DNA of 64,000 nt from an uncultured Bacilli bacterium (GTDB lineage: Bacteria > Bacillota_I > Bacilli_A > RF39 > UBA660): assembly GCA_947626095.1 (NCBI GenBank), contig CANQQV010000003.1:64001-128000 (forward strand), in the 5' to 3' direction. The translations under genes were made by a program, and so were the position numbers. Positions within the stretch are counted from its first letter, which is position 1. The number at the start of each line of letters is the position of its first letter. Shown here in pieces: positions 58,864 to 64,000 of the stretch. The notes under the pieces were generated by a model that was not told where the DNA came from, searched no databases, and was given only the letters and a program-made list of their open reading frames with translations.

Positions 58864-60462
58864 CTAATATATTTTTTCTACTTCAATAATATCTTTATCT
58901 GTCTCATAGTAACCGATTTTTATTTTATCTCCTACTTCAAGTAGAGGTAAACGATCACTTAATGAAATAGAAGCCTTATAAGTTTTATTTTCTGTTGTTA
59001 AATAATAATGTGTATAACCACCAATTATTCCAGTTTTAATCTTACTAATAGTTATTTCTTCAATCTTTAATTCATCATCACTAGCTTCTTTTTTGATAGC
59101 TTTTAAATAATTATCTTTAGCTACTTCAATTCCTTTTGAAGCATCAGTAACAACTACTTTTTGATAGTCTTTTACATCAACAAATCCATACATTTTAACT
59201 AAACCACTAGAATCTTTTAAACTTACTAAGTAAGTAGGATTTCCTTTTAAATTAATTAATAATGGGAATGTTGAAGTATATCCCATATCTTGGACTTGAC
59301 CTTCAGCACTACTCATTGCACTAAATTCTTCCGCTCCTGGAACATTATAGTATGTTGTTTTACCAGTTCTCATATTCGTTAAAATAAATCCTAAATTAGA
59401 TTCATCGCTAACTACACTAGTTATTCCGGTATATAAATAAATATCATCATTCATCGCTAAATAATTATAACCTTCTGTTGTATTTACAACATTCTTTTGT
59501 CCAAAAATACTATTAAAGAAACCATTTTTGTAGTTGCCCCAATCGTCAACTTGTTCAATTACTAATGATGCTGAATAAGCAATATCGACCCATGAAGGTA
59601 TATCTTCTTTTTTATATTTAGTTGATTCACCTGTAACTGGATCAAAAATAATAACACCAGTTACTTTAGCTTTTAAACCAACTGCTGTATAACTAATAGT
59701 CGGTACAATATAATAAGGATTTCCCTCATTATCTATCTCAAAAGAAATATTGCCAAAATTAGTAGTTGGATAAGTAAATCTTAATTTACGTTCTAACTTT
59801 TCATTAAATAAAGCACTAGATGAATACTTCATTCCTTTTTTTAAACGCGTTAATTTAGACTCGCCTGTTACACTATCAACGGTAATATAACCGACAATTC
59901 CCTCTTTACGATTTGTAAACCATTTAATTGCATCAGCATACTCTAATGGCGTTACTCTTAAAATAGAATCATTATAATTAATTTGCGTATATAAATTAGA
60001 AACACTAAACTGACTTACTAACTCACTTACTTGGCCCATTACACGATCACCTAAAACTTCTGAAGAAGCACGATCAAGTAAAGGCAAATGATTAAAATTA
60101 ACTTCAGCAATATCTTCAGTAAAATTACCACTCTCATCAACACTAATTCTTTGTTGATAACTCTTAGCATTAAATAATGGAGAACAAATAAAATTAACAA
60201 TTAATATTAAAACAAATACTGAACCTATTCCTAAAATGGCATAAATCATTGTATTAGGTAATTGATAATTTACTTTTTTACCTTTTTTAAATAATTCCAC
60301 ACTATTAAAACTACTCAAACTATCTAAAATAGCATATATGAAAACTAAGAAAGCAATAAAGGCATAAAAACCAAAGTTATTTAAATTAATAGCTGGCAAA
60401 GTAATATAATAAATTATAAAACCTAAAACTAAAGTAATTAAAATATTTATTATTTTTCTCAT
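58864..60462 (-). CDS. Conserved Firmicute membrane protein (3 TM plus large extracellular domain)
   Basis: LPAIN, TPLEY, FEIDNEGNPY, YTGITSV.SDESNLGF, GAEEFSAM.SAEG. Confidence 0.8.
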   Translation of the reverse strand: MRKIINILITLVLGFIIYYITLPAINLNNFGFYAFIAFLVFIYAILDSLSSFNSVELFKKGKKVNYQLPNTMIYAILGIGSVFVLILIVNFICSPLFNAKSYQQRISVDESGNFTEDIAEVNFNHLPLLDRASSEVLGDRVMGQVSELVSQFSVSNLYTQINYNDSILRVTPLEYADAIKWFTNRKEGIVGYITVDSVTGESKLTRLKKGMKYSSSALFNEKLERKLRFTYPTTNFGNISFEIDNEGNPYYIVPTISYTAVGLKAKVTGVIIFDPVTGESTKYKKEDIPSWVDIAYSASLVIEQVDDWGNYKNGFFNSIFGQKNVVNTTEGYNYLAMNDDIYLYTGITSVVSDESNLGFILTNMRTGKTTYYNVPGAEEFSAMSSAEGQVQDMGYTSTFPLLINLKGNPTYLVSLKDSSGLVKMYGFVDVKDYQKVVVTDASKGIEVAKDNYLKAIKKEASDDELKIEEITISKIKTGIIGGYTHYYLTTENKTYKASISLSDRLPLLEVGDKIKIGYYETDKDIIEVEKIY

Positions 60463-60483
60463 ATAGTATCACCTACTTATATT

Positions 60484-62316
60484 CTACCATACTTTTAATA
60501 ATTTAGAATTATTATCCGTAAAATATCTTTGATATCTTAAAGCTTGATAACCGACCATATTAGCTGCTTCTAATAACATCTTATCATCGATATCACTAAG
60601 TATTGGATTTTCTTTTAATATAACTACTAACTTATCCCAATCTAAACTAAGATATTCACTATTAGATAAGATAATTGTTTTTATTATTTTACCTAGTTCT
60701 AATAATTTCATTTCTTTTTCCGTTTTATGTACAATATCTAATGAATTACCTTTTATTAAAGCAAAATCAACTGAACTACGAAGAACTAAATATTTATTAT
60801 ATAATGACCAATAATCAATCTCCTTCACTTCATAATGTATACCTTCAATATAATAACCATTTTCTAATATATAATTTATAATATCTAATAAATTCATTGT
60901 ATATATCTTTTCTTTTAAAGTTATTATTAAATAATTAAATAATGTATTATACTTATTAGCTACATCTTCTTTATAAAGAGAAAGATAATATTTAGATAGA
61001 TTTTCCCTAGTTTCTATTTTATTTGTAAATTCTTCTAATTCTGTAAGATTATTGACTACATAAGCTTTATTATCTATAACTATTATCAATCCTACATCAT
61101 CATTAGAATTATCGAACTTAATAAACTTAGCCTCAAAATTATCTACTAATCTTTTTAATAATTTATTAACATTATCATCTTCAATACAATGCTCAACATT
61201 AACAATTAACGAAACCATTTTTTGTAAAAAATCTAGTTTCCCTTGTGCTTTATAAAATTCGTAATTTGCAAGATAGAAATTTTTCATATATAAAAGACGA
61301 TGACGACCATTTTTTATTTCATATTTACCATTGAATTTTTTGACAACAAAATCATAAGTATCCTTTATTTTTTGAATATTAACATATGATGAAGAACTTA
61401 TCTTACTTCTTGTCCCATTAAAATCCAACGCTCCATAAATTAAATCAACATCATAATCAGTATCACCCGTAAATTCTGAATTACTATAAATAAAATCCAT
61501 ATTTATTGGTAATTCTTCTAAACGTGAATAAGTAACGTAATATCTATTTTCTTCTTTTTTAGTTTCCTGCGTCTCCTCTTTTGCTTTTTTCTTATTACAT
61601 ATCTGTTCAATAGTATACCAAGTAGGAAGTTCAATATACGTTAAATTGAAAGGTAATATTTTATCTTTAACTAATTTCCTCGGTATTACAACAATATTTG
61701 GTTTTTGCCCAATAAAAGCATTAAACCATTTTTTGGCTTTCCTTACAATAAAAGCTCCTGTTTTTTCTGGTACATTCTCAAGTCTTTTTTCTAAAATTGC
61801 ATAATAATGACTAACTTCATCAACCGTATAATCTTGTTCTTCTGTTTGTGGTACTTTTAAAATGCTTTTATAAAATATTTTTGGAAAAGTAAATGCCGTT
61901 ATTAGCGCCTTATCTAAATCACTAAATAACTCTCGTTCTTCTTTACTTGCTACACCATTAATTGTTACTTCTCTTTCTATTTGCTTTAATTCAAAAAGAT
62001 ATTTCAAAGAATTTTTATTAAAATCAATACCCTTTTTTTGTATATCTTTTTTTAAATATTCGTTAGTTACATAAAAAATATAATTATTATCAAATTCACT
62101 AGGTTTTATTATCTCCAATAAATGCTTTACATCCTTACTAACAATAAAATTCTTACTATTTAAATAATAATTTATTATTAAGCTAAGATTAGATATAAAT
62201 CGTGCAACATCATTATTTCCATAATCACACAAAGAAACTAAAAAATTTTCATCTTTTAGTAATTCATTAATTATTTTAACTCTTTGTTTTAAATTTTTCT
62301 TAAGTGCTAATTTCAC
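60484..62316 (-). CDS. Hypothetical 610-aa protein with ParB/Srx-like motif and possible degenerate ART-like N-domain
   Basis: YEIKNGRHRL; YIFYVTN...IQKKGI. Confidence 0.7.
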   Translation of the reverse strand: MKLALKKNLKQRVKIINELLKDENFLVSLCDYGNNDVARFISNLSLIINYYLNSKNFIVSKDVKHLLEIIKPSEFDNNYIFYVTNEYLKKDIQKKGIDFNKNSLKYLFELKQIEREVTINGVASKEERELFSDLDKALITAFTFPKIFYKSILKVPQTEEQDYTVDEVSHYYAILEKRLENVPEKTGAFIVRKAKKWFNAFIGQKPNIVVIPRKLVKDKILPFNLTYIELPTWYTIEQICNKKKAKEETQETKKEENRYYVTYSRLEELPINMDFIYSNSEFTGDTDYDVDLIYGALDFNGTRSKISSSSYVNIQKIKDTYDFVVKKFNGKYEIKNGRHRLLYMKNFYLANYEFYKAQGKLDFLQKMVSLIVNVEHCIEDDNVNKLLKRLVDNFEAKFIKFDNSNDDVGLIIVIDNKAYVVNNLTELEEFTNKIETRENLSKYYLSLYKEDVANKYNTLFNYLIITLKEKIYTMNLLDIINYILENGYYIEGIHYEVKEIDYWSLYNKYLVLRSSVDFALIKGNSLDIVHKTEKEMKLLELGKIIKTIILSNSEYLSLDWDKLVVILKENPILSDIDDKMLLEAANMVGYQALRYQRYFTDNNSKLLKVW

Positions 62317-62379
62317 AATTAATATTCCTCTTTAATGAGTGATATTATACTATATTAATTGTCTTTAGTAAAATACAAC

Positions 62380-62799
62380 CTACTGACACAAATCGGCTAC
62401 TTTTTGATATAAATCTGACTCATAAATATATAGTGCTTGCATATCTCCACGATAAACTAAATAATTATTTCCATCAAAAGCAATATAATCAGTTCCCTTT
62501 GTAATACGATAAGTTCCATTAATTGATGCTCCTGGATATTTATAACTATCATCTAATAACATAATATTACTAAATTCACTATTAATCTCTATCAAATCAT
62601 CTGTCGTTATCTTACATTCTCTATATTCTTTAGTTTCACCATCATCATAATGCTTATAAACTTTAATTTCTGAAGTCTCTTGCGCACTATTTTTAGATGA
62701 AACATTGGAAACGACAATTACAAAACAAACTGTAAGCATAATTGCTGCGACAACAACTGCAATTTTAATTTCTCTATTATTAGTCATTACTATCACCAA
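62380..62799 (-). CDS. Hypothetical N-anchored exported protein
   Basis: N-terminal hydrophobic helix. Confidence 0.7.
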   Translation of the reverse strand: MVIVMTNNREIKIAVVVAAIMLTVCFVIVVSNVSSKNSAQETSEIKVYKHYDDGETKEYRECKITTDDLIEINSEFSNIMLLDDSYKYPGASINGTYRITKGTDYIAFDGNNYLVYRGDMQALYIYESDLYQKVADLCQ

Positions 62800-62865
62800 A
62801 TCAAGTATATCATATTAACTAATTTTTGGCATATTTTTTGCAACGAAAAAAGGAAGCAAAGCTTC

Positions 62866-64000
62866 CTAATTAAATTTCTTTGGACGTTTTACAATTAGTA
62901 CAATACCAGATACTATTATAAATGTTGCAATTATAACAAAACTAATACTACCAATTGTGTTTGGATTTTCTACATATGTTACTACAATATTTTTACTACT
63001 ATCAATATTTCTTTTTACTAAGTTGCCACCAACCATAGTTTGTGATTTGTCTTTACCTTGAGTAGATTCAAAAGCATAAACTTCAACAACTTGTTCTTCT
63101 CCAGAAATATTAACTGTTAAATTATAATTATAACTTTTAATATCATGTAATTTAACTACATAATCACCATTTGAATTAATAGGTAATGAAGATAAATCAA
63201 ACTTAGCTAATTCTTCACCTTTTTGTGATACAGTAACATTTAATTTATCATTAGCAGTCGCTTTACGATTTGTTTTAACATAGAAAGCAAAATCACTTTC
63301 TTCTTTTTCGTAAGTAACATCTTTAATAGCTATTGGATCATTTGTTTCTTTTAATGTAATTAAATAATTATAAATTGCTTCAATATCATTTTGAACATAA
63401 TCAAATTTCTTTTTCTCTGTAATATCATCTGTTTTATAACCATTTTGCTTTAAAACAGTATTTGCTGATAATTGAATAGTATTATAATAAACATCTATTA
63501 CCTTTCCAGGATCAGTAAAATGATAAATAGCCATTGAAATAGCATCAAGAAGTTCATCATCAGTAACACTTGCTACTGGAGTTTCATTCTTAGGAGAAGT
63601 AATGTATTTTTTACCATCAACTTCTTTTTCTACTAAAACATTATTAGCAAGTAACTCATTAATCATTGTCTCCCTAGAGATATATGGCCATGAATGTCTT
63701 AAAATTGCTGTTATATTATCTTTAATATTATCAGCAATAAATGTTGTATCACTTAATGATACTTTACGATATGCAATTTGTGAATAAATATCTGGTCCCA
63801 TATCAGCACATAATACAACAAAATAATCACTCATTGTACTATCCCAAGGAACTTGATGACTCTCCTTGAAATTACTATATTTTAAATTTTCAACATCCTT
63901 AGTAACAACATAAAGACGAGGTGTAAAATTATCCAAAACTTGTTGTTCTTCTTTGGTTACATATTTACTATAAGTATGTTGACCTACTTTATAATAACCG
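62866..64000 (-). CDS. 5'-truncated surface protein with probable Cys-Gln thioester domain and NPxT sorting signal
   Basis: Frame stays open to the window end; VLCADM, AISMAIYHFTD, KSQTMVG; C-terminal ENPNTIG, TM and KRPKK tail. Confidence 0.72.
   Translation of the reverse strand, partial: GYYKVGQHTYSKYVTKEEQQVLDNFTPRLYVVTKDVENLKYSNFKESHQVPWDSTMSDYFVVLCADMGPDIYSQIAYRKVSLSDTTFIADNIKDNITAILRHSWPYISRETMINELLANNVLVEKEVDGKKYITSPKNETPVASVTDDELLDAISMAIYHFTDPGKVIDVYYNTIQLSANTVLKQNGYKTDDITEKKKFDYVQNDIEAIYNYLITLKETNDPIAIKDVTYEKEESDFAFYVKTNRKATANDKLNVTVSQKGEELAKFDLSSLPINSNGDYVVKLHDIKSYNYNLTVNISGEEQVVEVYAFESTQGKDKSQTMVGGNLVKRNIDSSKNIVVTYVENPNTIGSISFVIIATFIIVSGIVLIVKRPKKFN

Noticed and set aside
378-63787. 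The many 60-102 aa ORFs antisense or out-of-frame to long genes (e.g. 378-560, 4113-4379, 14652-14885, 33735-34043, 40034-40285, 42998-43213, 46607-46880, 63602-63787)
   Set aside because: They lie within or largely overlap well-supported CDS and have no recognisable motifs; shadow ORFs.
1-64000. Mycoplasma-type genetic code 4 suggested by the high AT content
   Set aside because: Long conserved genes translate intact with code 11, and TGA ends genes at their expected C-termini (e.g. ylmC, dnaB).
1-64000. Prophage, IS, integrative element, CRISPR array, tRNA or rRNA
   Set aside because: No integrase, transposase or phage structural motifs, no regularly spaced repeats, and no cloverleaf or rRNA-like GC-rich segments were seen.

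Overview
Very AT-rich chromosomal window from a low-GC Firmicute using the standard genetic code (TGA is a stop). The gene content suggests a reduced-genome, spore-forming gut Bacilli lineage, RF39/UBA660-like by inference: Bacillus-type dnaB-dnaI, lexA...tkt synteny, sigG-ylmC, spoIVA, spoVIF, sortase B and many orphan proteins. About 58 CDS, most on the minus strand. No rRNA, tRNA, CRISPR array, transposase or integrase was seen. Main observations: (1) a recurring set of intact ORFs whose catalytic or binding residues have been replaced (cytidine deaminase, DnaQ/PolC exonuclease, P-type ATPase, thioredoxin, RNAP alpha-CTD, and more tentatively a double-HEPN-like and two ADP-ribosyltransferase-like proteins); (2) two proteins with a shared VirB2/TrbC-pilin-like N-terminal module fused to different Cys-hydrolase domains; (3) an unannotated 45-aa membrane peptide divergent from lexA, controlled by three non-canonical AAAC-N4-GTTT boxes, a candidate SOS division inhibitor; (4) a CarD plus stand-alone alpha-CTD operon behind an attenuator-like leader; (5) a candidate 4-hairpin ncRNA upstream of priA. 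All family assignments come from motif recognition by eye, not from database searches.
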